Origin: the human T2T-CHM13v2.0 reference genome, Homo sapiens
Assembly (NCBI RefSeq): GCF_009914755.1
Contig: NC_060934.1
Reading direction: 5' to 3' (one strand)
DNA: 64,000 nucleotides
Shown here one piece after another: positions 14,706 through 31,115 of the stretch. The translations under genes were made by a program, and so were the position numbers. The notes under the pieces are model-generated. The model saw nothing but the letters and a program-made list of their open reading frames with translations. It had not been told where the DNA came from and made no database searches. How positions within the stretch are numbered: the stretch's first letter is position 1; the number at the start of each line of letters is the position of its first letter.

Positions 14706-15484
14706 GGTCTACCTCAACCTTTTCCACAGATTTACAGCAACCTAAAGTATTAGTATAATTTATTCAACCAGCCCTTCTCTGTGGGAATGAACTAAGAGAA
14801 ACTTAGAGAATGGATCAACTTGCAGTGGGAGTTAAAGACGAAGCACCATGCAATAAAGAGCTTAATAGGCAATGATGACCAAAGGCAAGCTGAAAAAATG
14901 AGGAAGCAAAAACTACCAGTAAGCAGGGAAAAGTAGCTGGTACAGAGAAGGAAACAGCACCTGAGATGCAGAGCAAAGCAGTCACCACAAGAGACCTTTT
15001 AGCCCAAAAGAGACTGAATAGCCCACCCCAAAGCTGCTTCATGCTTCAGTTCCTGATGGCTTTCATTTCTAGTATAACGAATTCAGAGAGCAAATGCTCT
15101 TTTTTCCTTACAATAATCTGAATAAGTTATTTGTGTCTTTCAACCAAATTCACTGGCGCCTCTTAGTTACGTTTTTAGTTGTGACCACTTTCTCACTGAA
15201 CCATGGACTAAGATACATCAAGAAAAAAGATTATTTTTAAATGTTGAAATCTTAGTAAACGTATTTGTGATCACTTCCTCACTGTACCACAGATTAAGAT
15301 ATATTAAGAATAAAGATTATTTTACATGTGGAAATCTTAATAAACACCATTGATAAAAATGCCATTATAATTTTGCCATGCTCTAGATCCAAGGCTGGAA
15401 GGAATGCTCAGAGGAGGAATGAGCAGTGAAGCAGATTAACATCAAAGCACAACTAAAAACACAAAAAATAAAGGAAGGTACATC

Positions 15485-16123
15485 TGCAACAAGAGTCTGA
15501 AATACCACTTATTTTGACTGGTCACTCTGGTCAAGATGAAATATGGGAACCTAAAGGCTACATACACCAGCTCTCCCCCTAAAACATCTTGTTCTGAAAT
15601 AGCACCCTGGGAAAGCCTAAGCCACCCTACCACTGGTGGTCCTGTAGGAAGAACTGTTCCAGTACCTCCTCTTGACCCTTTTATTTCCCTTTATTGGGAG
15701 ATCATCTAGAATCCTAAGAAAAATAGCTCAGAGCAGTCTGAGCTCTGTGAGGTCCACAAAATCTATCAGGCCCAGAGAGATGTGCATATGGGACTTCAGT
15801 TATGGATCCTCCCATGCCTGGGGAAAACTGTTTAAGAGCATTTTGTGCCTGGCTAGCTGCCTCCCCCATTATCTTCATGTTCTTGGAATTTGTGATACAA
15901 AGAACAAGGTTTAGACAATCAATAGCTTATGTTATTTTGATGTAAATTCTTGGTAAAATCTTAGAAACAGTCCCTTCTTTTTTCCTTAAAAACCCGCTTG
16001 TAACTGCTGCTAATTGGAGTGTATATTCAGGACAATGTCAATCTATGCACCCAGGTGGCCATCCTCAAGCTCTGGACTCAAATTAACTCTACTTAATCAT
16101 ATTTCCATTATTTAAGGTTGACA
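15485..16123 (+). mobile_element. MER39/MER34-family ERV1 solo LTR
   Basis: cttgtaactgctgctaattggagtgtatattcagg; ends tatttaaggttgaca. Confidence 0.8.
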
Positions 16124-16521
16124 ATCCAATCCTATACTTCCCCGCGGTCCAACCCAATCCCACTTGCATCTCCCATAACTACATTAATTCCACATTAAAC
16201 AAATGCCTTTTCAAAAACTGCACAACTTCAAAAACCCATTTATCTCCATCTTGCTCCTCCTATTAGCATATAATCTTAGAAAAATCATTTGGCTTCCTTT
16301 CCTCTTTCTTATGTTTACTTGGGAACAACAAGAAAAGAGACAGGTCATAGCCACAATTATAGAACAGTATAAGTAATCACCATCAAGGAAAGGGACAGCC
16401 AGTGAAAGCAAGATATGTGAAAGACCCAGTGCCATCAACCCACAAAGTCCTCAGAAATGCCCAGATTTTCTCTTCAGAAGAGCCACACAAGTTCCATACA
16501 TATCTTCATATTCCTCCAGGT

Positions 16522-16834
16522 TTTGTTTTTGGGGGATTTTGTTTGTTTTGAGACAAGGTCTCACTCTGCCGCCCAGACTGGAGTGCAGTGGCACGATCAC
16601 AGTTCACTGCAGCGTCAATCTCCCAGGTGATCCTCCCACCTCAGCCTCCTGAGTCCTAAGTAGCTGGGACTACAGGCGCATGCTACCCTGTCTAGCTAAT
16701 ACTTGTATTTTTTGTCGAGACGGGATTTTGCCATGTTGCCCTGGCTGGTCTCGAACTCCTGGGCTGGGGCAATCCACCCACCTTGGCCTCCCAAAGTGCT
16801 ACGATTATATAGGCATGAGCCACAAAGCCCGGCC
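16522..16834 (-). mobile_element. Alu (J-like)
   Basis: Diverged consensus with J-type features (gatcacagttcactgcagc). Confidence 0.93.
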
Positions 16835-19204
16835 TACTCCTCTAGTTTAAGTATGCATTATCTGATACAATCAAAGTGTTCAAAAGAAATAAGCCTAAAT
16901 GTTCTTCAATTTTAACTTTTCATTATCAGCACAAATATGATTTATACCTTCCCATTCAAAATATTTCTCATATCACCAATAGCATTATTACCATTATTTC
17001 CACTGTATCATGCTTCAAATTAATACTTTTTTATTTTTTCATTAAATTTGCAGAATACACTCTTCAAACAAATTCTATAAATGCCCAGTTGCCAAGCAAG
17101 TAGGGTCAGTGGGGCTGGGGAGGATGCAGCAAAGCTCTGCTAGCTTGGCCTCCCCTTTCCCTATGGTGAGCACTGCCGGGGTGGAAGGACCAGGCACACA
17201 CACTGCACCTGCTGGCCTCTGGGTGTGCCCACTTGTAATGCTATTGCCCAAATGATTTCCCTTCCCGTCAGCTTCCCAGCTGCCACCTCAGCCTCCCTTC
17301 AAGGAGTCCCCTTGATTCTCCATGGCTTGCCCCTGATTCTGCAAATAAAAAGATCAACAGTGTCGATATAATTGGTAGGTTGCTTGTTTTGTTTTTGTAA
17401 GCACATGTTTTTAAGATCATTGGGAAGAGGACAAATTGCCAATATTTTATACATAGAGCACCTTGCGTCAGGTAGATATTTAATATTTCTATAACTAGTA
17501 AAATATTTAAATTATGGTTTTAATTAAGTTAAAATTTTTTCTCACACCAAGTCCTGGGTCAGCTTCTATTATTTGCTTCCTAATTTCTAGAAAGATAGGA
17601 AACAAAATAATTTTTAAAGTCCTAGAAACAAATGCTGACAAGATTTTATTATAACACAGAAGCCTTTTTTTTTCTCAAATTTAATCAAAACTAGAATTGT
17701 AAGCTGCTTAGATATGCTCCACCTTACCACTGCCCATTGCTAGTAAGGCAGAACTGGCCACTGCTGCTTCTGACCTACTGTATTTCCACATCTGTTACCT
17801 GTAATTCTTTACTGAATATATGTATTACATGTCTCTTCTACTGAACTATGATCTCCATGAAAAGAGGACAGTTTCTCATCCATCCTGGTGTCTCTGGTAT
17901 CTATCAGTGCCTAACCCATGGTAGATGCTCATTAAATATTTCTTGAAAAGCATAAAAAGTTACTAAAAATTAATTACTAAAGTGAATTATCCAACCAATT
18001 AAAAATTTAATATATCAACGTATGCTGAAAATCAGACTCACAAGCTAATTTCCATATACACCTTCATTACAAAAAAAGTATACTTTTGCTAAAGATTCTT
18101 AGCTTTCTCTTATATATTTATTCCATTTATTCTATTTCAAGATAGCATTTAAATTTTTATGAAGACTAAAATTCAGACATGAGAAGTCACAATCTAGTTA
18201 CCTAAATTTGTACTTCTGGTTATCTAAAAGTCCTTCACCTGCATTTTAAATAACATAGGGGGCTCCGGGAAGATGAAGTGCTCGAGAGACTCATCTGCTG
18301 TGTTTGTGCTCCAACCCTCTCTTCACTCTGCTCATCTCTCCTACTCGCAGAGCTGCACAGGCTCCCTTTCGTTGTGGAAAGGCTCTGCTCATGTGGCTGG
18401 GTGTGCTTCCATCACGCTTCAAGTCACGTGGAGGAAATGCAGCGAGGGCAGCGCTCCTGAACTCTCCCACTCTCCTCTCCAAGGGGCAGAAGGATATGTG
18501 GGGTCAATGGTCTGAAAGAAGCACCTGGGCAAGACAGGCTCACCTCCTGCTCTCTCTCAGCCCCTGTCCCTGGGTGCAGCCTTCTGTCCCTGAGTGTCCC
18601 CTGGTCTGGTCTCTCTAATGGGCTCTCCATGCAGGAAGGTGCCTGCTCTTTGAGGCCCAGGCTTGTTGGCTGTGTCAGTCACCCAGTGGGCAGGTCTAAG
18701 TCAAGCAGGCTAATAAGCCCTTTTCACTCCAGATCTGATGCCATGTCCTCCAATCAGTCAACAGAGGAGACAATTTGATCTCCATCTGGCAGTCTCCTGC
18801 GCCTTACTTCTCAAGGAAAAGAAACAGTATCACTTAGTGACTCCCTGGAACCCACCAAATCAGACTAGTAACTCCTACATTTATGTGTAAGATGAGTCAC
18901 AGCTTAAAAGGATATGAAGTGATGTAACAATATTTAAATACCATTACTACTGAAGAGAAACATAATTACTAGCTGTTGCATATGAGTGCAATCCCACATT
19001 TGGGGACAGGGTTGAATGACAAAATTGCCAACAACAGATATTTAGAACCAAGACAAACATATGAGTCACTTTACTCACTTCAACCCGCCTACAGTTGCTG
19101 ACAAAGTCAAGATTATATTTTAGCTGCTTTTGCAGCAGTATGATTGTTTTAACAGATGACACAAGACTGGTTTGTAACAACTCCTTGCTTGTGGATATTT
19201 TATA

Positions 19205-19442
19205 AACTGTTTATTGAGAGGTTACTATGTGCCAGACACTGTGCTGAGCATTTAACATGCATAATCTCACTTAAACCTCACAAAAGCCTATGTTAGTTTT
19301 TATGACTATCTCCACTTTACATATGTGGAGACTGAGGCGTGGAAATGTTAAGTAATTCAGGCCATATGGGAAGTAAGAGACAGGGCAGGACTTAAAAGCC
19401 AGGCTGTCCAATTTCAACTTCAAAGCCATGTTTCTAACCATC
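19205..19442 (-). mobile_element. MIR
   Basis: tactatgtgccagacactgtgctgagc...gagactgaggc...gttaagtaa. Confidence 0.85.
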
Positions 19443-20646
19443 AAGTGCTTTTGTTGAAGTGTAAGTATTAATAGTTGATCTTATACATTTCTGCTCACTT
19501 CTGCTAGTCCTTACATTTCTTCCCACAGAAACAAATCTATGTGATTCCTGTGAATTCTAACAGCTGTACTTTCTGGATTCTAGTAGCCCTCCAATCTCAT
19601 TACATGAAATTGTCAATTATTTGTGCAAAATGGAGATGAATGGTATTCTGAAGAATCCAAGAACAATTTATATGAAATATTCTTTGTGGTCATAATCAAC
19701 TGGACCTGCTATATTATGTTTTAAGTTGTGTGTTTTAGGATAATAACAAGAAATGATCTGGAAACATGTAAAAATTTGACACAATAATCATCAAATGACA
19801 CTGAACTTTACTAAAACACTTTATCCTTTTAGTATTACTAAAGCAACTGCCTTCATGATTAATTCCCATGACTACAGAAAGGGCTCTATTGAATCTACTT
19901 CATTCACTTAGTTTTAAGAACTTCTTTCCCAGCTCATTCAGAATTGCAAGTATGTGCAGTTATATGCACTACAATAAAAGTTTGTGTTGAATTTGGCCCA
20001 TAGGTATTAACAAGAAATGTTCTAATTACAGCAAATTCTTGCAGACCAGATATAAGAAGATAATTCATAGACTGCCCACTCTGATGCTTAATAACTAATT
20101 CCACAGGCAGTGGTAACGATCAACCCAATGGTAACATTTCTACCCTTTAAATAAAAAATAATGTGCAAAAGCCAAACTGTGCCTAAAATGACACTCAAAA
20201 ACAAGAACGAGGTATTGCCTAGAACAACTGAGAAGCACACAGGAAGAACTATGTTATCATCCTTTGAGTTATGTAAGTATTACTGGGTCCCTGAATGGCC
20301 CTTGGGTTCAAATTTGACCATAAGGCCATCAAAAGCCAGCAATTTGGTAACACTGAATGGGATTTAATAAATAAAAGTGCTCATATCACACTAAAAGTGT
20401 CACTCATTCAATCATTTTTGTAAGGTACCCTAAGCTCCAAGCACAGTACCACAGAATTCTCACAAGACACAGCTGCAATCCACACATTTCACCTAACAAA
20501 TCCTGAACTGCGTTATATGTATCTCATGTGTGCATGTGTTTAATATTATATTCCTTAAACTCTGTTACTGTTATTGTGCTAATAATGTTGTGTTAGGATA
20601 ACTTATATAATAAGTAAGATTTATTTTATATAACAAACATCAATAG

Positions 20647-20650
<4 letters not shown>

Positions 20651-20692
<42 letters not shown>
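20651..20692. repeat. (AT)21 microsatellite
   Basis: Direct reading. Confidence 0.97.
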
Positions 20693-20698
<6 letters not shown>

Positions 20699-21584
20699 CA
20701 CTCTTCAGGAGACCAGATGAATTAAGTAGCAACTAAGAACCTGAGTGATAAGCAGTAACCAGCATTTATTCTGTACAATCCAAATGCTTTATGTATATTA
20801 CCTCATTTAGTCTCCCCACATCAAAACTACGAGGTAGGTATCATTATTGCCCATTAAACAAATGAGAAAATTGGTAGGTTAACTGCAAAGATCACACAGT
20901 TCTTAAGTTAGAGAAGTGGCACTTGGAACAATGCAAGAAGGCTTTGAATAAATAAAATCGCAAGCAAATGAACAAAGGCTTAACAAGAGAATCTGTCAAC
21001 AAGGATCCTCTAGCATTAAATAAGGGCAAGAGGCAAGGAAATGCCTTCAAGTCAATAGAAAGCCGTAAGTGTTTTTCACTGTGAGACAGAGCAACCTCCC
21101 TAGATGTGCACAGATCTTAAATAATGGATTTCACCAGAACTGAGCCATCTGAAGCCTAAAGTTACTCCAATATCAAGCAATAAATCATCTACCTACTGTG
21201 GAAAACAAAACAAAATTAAACAAGAAAAGCCACAGACAGAAAAGACACTGGAATGAAATGCACTAAAGACAGATGACACTGACACTATAAGTTAGAAAAA
21301 AATTTTTTTTAATTTTCCAAATACATTTTACCTTTTCTATAACATAGTACGGTGACTAGAAAGGAAAACTTGCTCCTCGGTATTCTTATAAGGTTTTAGA
21401 TGGAAAGCTGTAGGACAATTTTTAAAGCAAATTATATAATCAAATAATTCTGCCCTATCTCTATGGATACCTGAAAGTTCCACTTGGAATACCGACTGGC
21501 CAATCATTAAGTGAATGACAATCAGATGAAGAATATAAAGACCAGCTTTTCCTTGGAGAAATGAGATGAATTAAACTTTCTAAT

Positions 21585-22200
21585 ATTCATTAATTCAGAA
21601 AGTACTGAACACCATTTACTGCCACTGCACCTAGCTATCACGTAATACAAAGACAGATAAAACAGTTCCTCAAAAAGATCACATTCCTGAGGGAATCAGA
21701 CACATAAAGACCAACTGTAAATAATGTGAAAAATGCTCTTTAATAGATGTTTTTTAAATGCTACAAAAAAGCTGATAGAAAAAAAGCAAAGTCAGAAAAA
21801 AGTTTTAGGTACAAAACAACGTTTGATCCAGGTCCTAAAATAGCATGGTAGAGGCTGGGCACAGTGGCTCATGCCTGTAATCCCAGCACTTTGGGAGGCC
21901 GAGGCAGGTAGATCACCTAAGGCCAGGAGTTTGAGACCAGCATGGCCAACACAGCGAAATCCCATGTCTACTAAAAATACAAAAGTTAGCCAGGCATGGT
22001 GATGGGTGCCTGTAGTGCCAGCTAGTCAGGAGGCAGAGGCAGGAGAATTGCCTGAACCCGGGAGACAGAGTTTGCAAGGAGCTGAGATCAGGCCACTGCA
22101 CTCCAGCCTGGACGACAGGATGTGACTCTGCCTCAAAAAACAGTAATAATAAAACAAAAGCATGGTAGAAACTCACCATGTGGACAAGGAGAGAAAGCTG
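21585..22200 (-). mobile_element. L2 3' fragment interrupted by an Alu
   Basis: Diverged L2 tail (cattaattcagaaagtactgaacacc...) that continues after the Alu TSD. Confidence 0.55.
21853..22158 (+). mobile_element. Alu (S-like)
   Basis: Consensus; TSD agcatggtaga. Confidence 0.96.
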
Positions 22201-22675
22201 CAATGTTACAATAAAAAGTCAGAGACCCCCAGCAACAGGAATGGCTATTTGAACAGCAGCAGCTGCGTCGACAGTAACGTGGGGTAGGAAAGACAGGGCC
22301 CCGAGCTTCTAACATGTCTCCGTCACCTCCTTTTTCACAATACTCACCCCTCACAACTGGGTAATCTACCGCAGGAGCAGAAGTATATATAGGAAAACAA
22401 GAAAAATATTTAGGGATTAGAAATTAGTGTGAGGTCATCAAGAAAGCTAAATAACTTAGTAAAAATTTAATTAATATTTTGATACTACTAACGTATCATT
22501 ATTACCTGGGTATTCAATCATTATTACCTAGGTCATTCATATTTGAATGACCAAAATAAGGGTAACTGTAAGCCTTTTTAACTATGCAAATTTTACTCAA
22601 AAAGCAAATTTTAAAACCAAATCTAATCACATCCAAATATATATTTCTTCAATATTAAGAAACATCTATATAACT

Positions 22676-22995
<320 letters not shown>

Positions 22996-23175
22996 CTATA
23001 TAATCTACCATATATATATTATCTTCCTAATAGGGAATATATTCGAGAAAAATAACAGTAGTAGAATGTAAATTTCCAGAGAAACTTGCACAATCACGTT
23101 CCAGATATTAAAAGAAACAATACTCTTAAACACAACTGATCCATGAGAAAAAGGGAAAGGGGCTACTGCTACTAG

Positions 23176-23527
<352 letters not shown>

Positions 23528-23895
23528 CAATATTTAGGTTTCTTTACGGTAGCCCAACCCAATGTTCCACCCTCAATTCACCTGGCCAAAACCTTAAACA
23601 CAATGTTCAATCAGACCATAAATGGATTTTTTACATAGCAGTCAAAGAGTTAAACTCTATGAAGAAGTCACAAGTGTGGGGTGGGGGAGGGGAGCCTTGT
23701 CCCCAATGCTGCCCTTGATGAATTATGTCAATTTCCACATAAAATACCAACTCCAAGGAGACTGACTATAAAAACATTTTACATGAAAGATCTGCCATCC
23801 TTCTCACTGTGGAAAATATTTCCTAGAAAGCACTGTCTTGAAGTCATTCAGTAAACTACCTGAACTTATAGAATGCATTTATAACAGTAATCTAA

Positions 23896-24212
<317 letters not shown>

Positions 24213-25802
24213 TAAATTTTCTAAGTAGATAAGCAGGACCAACTTCACAATGCAGCAATAAAAGACCAAAAACAACATAAAAGCCCATCAATTCAGTTAT
24301 TAAAAATCATGAAGCAAAATTATATGTACTGATTTGGATTCGTCCCCAAGATATACTGTAAGCAAAAACAAAACAAAAAACACAGGGCAAGGCTCAGAAT
24401 AGTTACACACAGTTAACAGTGGTTGTCCTGGGGAGATTAAATCTAGGTGAACAGAAAGGACACTTATTTTTCACTCTTTAGTACATCCTGAACTTTTTGT
24501 TATGTACACATACCACCTTGTCAGAATACAAACATAAATTTTTAAACAATTGTAAATATAATTAACATTAGCCAAAAAAATCCCTCCTAAGGAAAAGACC
24601 ACTGCAACACAGCTTCTCCCACACAGGCAAACCCTCCCCTCTCTGCCCCACCCTCCCTCAGCCTCCAGTGATCTGACAGCCAGGAGGATTTGGGGTAAGG
24701 TCCCCTCAGCCTTTCTGGGGAGAATGTCCTCTAGCTTCTTCACTGCTCTAAAAGAAAAGTAATCCAAAGAGCTAATACTTCTCTCCTGTGGCCAAAAGAA
24801 AACTAATTAACACTTTCTTCCCCAGCAGGCCATGCAAGCAGGGGTGCTGAGCAGAAAGAGGTGAAGCTGCCGTGTTCCACCTTCTCTACGCGTGAACAGC
24901 AGACCAGCCCAGAGAAACATATCCTTTACCACCGCAGTCATCTGTAAAAGGGTCAGCATTTTGCTGAGAGCTGCAAAACTTAAAGGATAATACAAACGCT
25001 AAAGGCATTATACTTTATGCTTTTCAGAACTGGCTCAAATATCTTGAAAATATAAATACAAGTAACAAAAATTTACAGGAGAACCTGCCTCAGTAGGCCA
25101 TACTACAACTTTCCTGATCAATGTACCTACCAGATGAGATTTTTTTATTTCTAACAAATCTGGACTGTTTTGAAATGAATGTCTTGTAGGACTTTCATGT
25201 ATTTTGTTTTTAAAAATGCTTGTAAAGCCTCTTAGAGGGTATCTTCTCCTGTGAACTTGTATTTGCATATGACACTGATCTTGTTGACTATAGTTTTGCC
25301 AACCACACTTTGGCCAATAGTCCTTTCAAGAACATAACTTCCAAGGTTAGTGAGGGATTAACATACACAAAAGACTTTAATAAACTTACTGACAAACAGC
25401 TTACATTACTATCCTTGTGAACAGTAAATTACTTTAATTGACGATTTTTAATACCATTGATCTGGTAGATCCTTTGCTTTCCAGTAAAACCATCAATGCT
25501 TTACAATTTCACAAACTCTCTATGTGCAAGGCTCTTTTTAAGTACTGAGAAACAGTTTATCAAGACAAGATATGCCTTCAAGATGCTTATAACCTTGCAA
25601 ATGAATTTTTAAATCCTTACCATAAGAGATGTGTTCACCACAGGACCATACCAGCAGTGAGAGAAAGGTAAACTATAAACTGTTTCTAACATGAATAGAA
25701 AACTAAAGAGAAGTTAATGACTTAATTAGAAAAGGTGATTATCTGAAGTAAGGGTAGAATTTCAGCAAGATCATTCTTTGTTTATTGTAATATTATAAAT
25801 AA

Positions 25803-26093
<291 letters not shown>

Positions 26094-26499
26094 CAATTTG
26101 GATTTTTCTTATAGGACTTGCCTTCAGTTGGCTTTCTGTTCTTCTACAAATCTAAGCACATCTAGAAATCAGAAGCTTAAACTGCCTGGCAAGTATGATG
26201 GAATGCAAACAGAAACCAAAGTTAATTGCCTACTTCCTTTTAAACACTATCAAGCAAAAATCTTTTGGAAAATGTGGTTTCTTTATTGATATACGCTTTA
26301 GAAACAACTTTTCTAACAAATAATGTCTGGAATGTGTGGATATCTGTAAACACATGCAAACTTTAATTTTCCCCAAATCGACAGCCAATAATTTCATAAT
26401 CTGATTCATTTAACAAATCAATACTATTTCACAAAATTATTCCATATACCATTAACTTTACTTCATTTTTGTTTTCATCTGATTCAACAGAATTCCTAA

Positions 26500-26870
26500 T
26501 AACTTCTTTACTACTTATTATTGATGTAAACTTGGGCAAGTCACAACCTGCACAAGTTTCAGTCTCATAATCTATAAAAGAAAAACAATGATGACAACAC
26601 AATAAGAGCGTGAACTCACAGGGGCTCAATGTCCACTAAGTCAGGCACTGTTTGGAGCAGGTTGGAGTGTTCTAAGCATATTTTCTCAAGCATATTGTCA
26701 TACGTAAACTCAAACAACCCTATGGTGTAGTCACTATTATCGCTGCCAAATTACAGATGAGGAAAGGGAGGCGCTCTGAAGTTTCCAAATGTCTCACAGC
26801 AGGCGGCAGAGCGGGATGTGAACACAGTTGGGATCCAGAACCCATTCTCAAAATCATTACACTACAGCTG
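26500..26870. mobile_element. Two MIR fragments in opposite orientation
   Basis: cttgggcaagtcacaacc (+) and ttacagatgaggaaa (-). Confidence 0.65.
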
Positions 26871-26956
26871 CCTGATAATTATAAAATATTTCCTGCCCAG
26901 CTCATAAAATTCTTGTGAAGATCACATTTAATCAAGCTCATAAAGCATTTTAAAAC

Positions 26957-27255
26957 TTTTTTTTTTTTTTTTTTGAGACAGTCTCACTCTGTCGCCCACG
27001 CTGAAGTGCAGTGGCACAATCTCAGCTCACTGCAAGCTCTGCCTCCCGGGGTTCACGCCATTCTCCTGCCTCAGCCTCCCGAGTAGCTGGGACTACAGGC
27101 ATCCGCCATCACGCCCAGCTAATTTTTTGTATTTTTAGTAGAGACGGGGTGTCACCGTGTTATCCAGGATGGTCTCGATCTCCTGACCTCGTGATCCGCC
27201 CGCCTTGGCCTCCCCAAAGTGCTGGGATTACAGGCATGAGCCACTGCACCCAGCC
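26957..27255 (-). mobile_element. Alu (Y-like)
   Basis: tgcaagctc, gttcacgccattctc, ggatggtctcgatc. Confidence 0.97.
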
Positions 27256-27384
27256 AAAACTTTAAAGTGCTATATAAATACAAGGCATTTGTTAGGAGTA
27301 AAGTCTTGAGGACAAAACGGACTGGATTTTTAAGAAGTTAAAGTTAAAAATTAATTTTAAAAATTAATTCTTAAAAAGTTAAAA

Positions 27385-29350
27385 AATTGGAAGGAAACTT
27401 AAAGCTCAACCTCTCACAAATGATGATATCCCCTCGATAACATCTCTTAATAAGTGATCACTCAATTTCTCCTTAAGGCTTCCAGAAATGAAAATCTCAC
27501 AAGTCAGCCCATTCCAGCTTGAAGTGTTCTAATTATTAATAGAAATGTCTTCCTTTTAGTTCTAAACAAAATTAGGCTTTTCCACATGAGAGGCCTGTAA
27601 ATACAAAACTCTGACATATTCACACTGTCTAACACATGACATTTACTAAAGTCCCCTTTGAAATTTGATGCCCCAAATTCAACATGATACCCCGGAAAAG
27701 GTTTGGTGGGAGAACAGCAGCACTATTACCTCCTTTGATCTGCAAACAAATATCCACTTTTATTTTCTGGCTGTTAAGTCAATTTAATGGGTTCTTATTA
27801 GCACATACTTAATTAAAATATCTCAGACCTCTCTTAGAAGCTTTCTCAATCTCAATACAGAGCTTGACATTTTATTATTTTTAATTAACTCATTTTCCAT
27901 TTTGGTCCATGACTATCCTATAAAGATCTTTGTAAATCTTAATTTCATAACCTTACTTTAGCTATCTCTATCAACTTTGTACCTATCTCCTTCCCTTCAT
28001 AAATCCAACAATTGTAACTAAATTTTCACCCTAGCCACTGAAAAACTGCTGAATAAGCTAAGATCCTAGGACCCATTGGCAAAGACTTTCATTCTGATAA
28101 ACATCAACAAATTAATTTAACTATGGTCTATCAATCAATTATAAAATCTATATATGACCTATATCCTCCAACCATCATTTGTTCTTCTAGTCTATGGTAG
28201 GATCATAGAAGACATGTATACCTTTCTAACACTCAAATAAAACTTATCTCCAACATTTCTTTAGGTTGCCTGTTAAGTAATAACAAAAAAAGGAAGTTGT
28301 ATTAGTGCTATTATACCCAGAAAAGTCCCTAAAGACCATTATTTCCTTTTAAACCCATTCATAAACCATGATTTAATAAAACTAAGCTCGAATTCTGATT
28401 AGGATTAGCATGAAGTCCAATAGTTTCTAGTTACCAGAATCTACCCATGCTTCTCTTCGGAGTCTAGTCTTCTGGTACCTTTTCCATATTTTACTACCCT
28501 TAAAAGACTATTAAATTACTCTAAAATAGACAGTCTAAGACAACAGCTCATCTAATCCTAAAGACCTAAATTTAAATGGTTTATTATCTCCTAACCGACC
28601 TTGAGCCTCAATGACCTCTCATTTCTGTCCATTCTCTTTTCTGTTCAAAGATAATTTTACGATAAAAAGAACAACAACAACAAAAACAGATGGAAGCAAA
28701 AGAGTCCAGGACATACATGCTTTCTTTATGTTTACATTATATGATATGTTCCAAACAGCAGGCCTATCTAGTTATTATTGATCTGTAGAATCCAAAATAA
28801 GTTTTTGAAGGTGTTCTATCAGACTCCACACTGTTCACAGATATCAACTCATTCAGTTTTTACTTTTCCTGATGCTATGTTTAAGTATCTACTACTTTTT
28901 TCACTCCCTATTGGTGATAAGCCTTTTCTCCCACCTTTCACCCAAACTCTTTTTAAATGTGAACTCAAAGAGCACCCTAAGCAGCTACTTTATTTTATGT
29001 ATAGTTCTTTATCTTTTCTTTCTCATGAGTATAAGTAGTCACTGTAGATTTTTCTTATATTGATCCAATTTTCCTTTCAGTCTGTGGTAATCAAGCCCAC
29101 ATTTAATATGTTTCTAATTCATTTTCCTAAAGTAAATCACATATCACTAACTGGGTATGAACAATGTTTTTCCTTTACAAGTAGAAATTCTAGGAAGTTA
29201 CCATCTCTTCTACTTTACCAACACGTACTTCTTTATTAGTTAGAATTAGCCCTGAAAGGCAGTTCCCTTCTTTATTGCCACAACCTCCTAAATTATATAG
29301 TACTCAAGAGTGAGATTACAAAACGGATTTATTTATATTTGAATAAGCTC
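27385..29350 (-). mobile_element. Long L3/CR1 LINE remnant
   Basis: Minus strand near 27660-27740 gives RSKEVIVLL...YHVEFGASNF, similar to CR1 ORF2 RSREVIVPLYSAL...YCVQFWAPHF; CR1-type 3' sequence near 27400-27560. The far boundary is uncertain. Confidence 0.65.
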
Positions 29351-29429
29351 TGTTGTCGGCCTTAGATTCTTGCTGAAAAAAGATGGTTGCAAATGATAGC
29401 AAGATTTCATAGGCTCAAAGTTGCCAACA

Positions 29430-30800
<1,371 letters not shown>

Positions 30801-30859
30801 TGTATGTTTGTTTACTTGTTTATTTTGGTCCACTGAACCGACAGATCAGACCATGTCAT

Positions 30860-31115
30860 TTACCACTGTAACCAGTGCTTAGGACAGTGCCCGACATCTA
30901 ATTGGTGGCTCAATAAAGTTACTGAAAGACTAACTGAATGAACAAGAATTATCTAGTTTAATCGTAATCACAACCATAGTGATAAAGATACCGTCGCAGC
31001 GATGAGAAAAATGAGACTTAGAGAGATCAATGTTGGCCCCAGATTACATGGCTACTGAGTGGTGGTGCCACAGATCAAACTCAGGCCTCTCTGACTCTAA
31101 GTCCTGTTCACTTAA
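30860..31115. mobile_element. L2 tail plus MIR fragments
   Basis: ctcaataaagttactgaaag; ggcctctctgactctaagtcc. Confidence 0.6.

Noticed and set aside
18260-18850. GC-richer block with five overlapping short ORFs
   Set aside because: No recognisable protein; more likely an old LTR-type repeat that I could not name.
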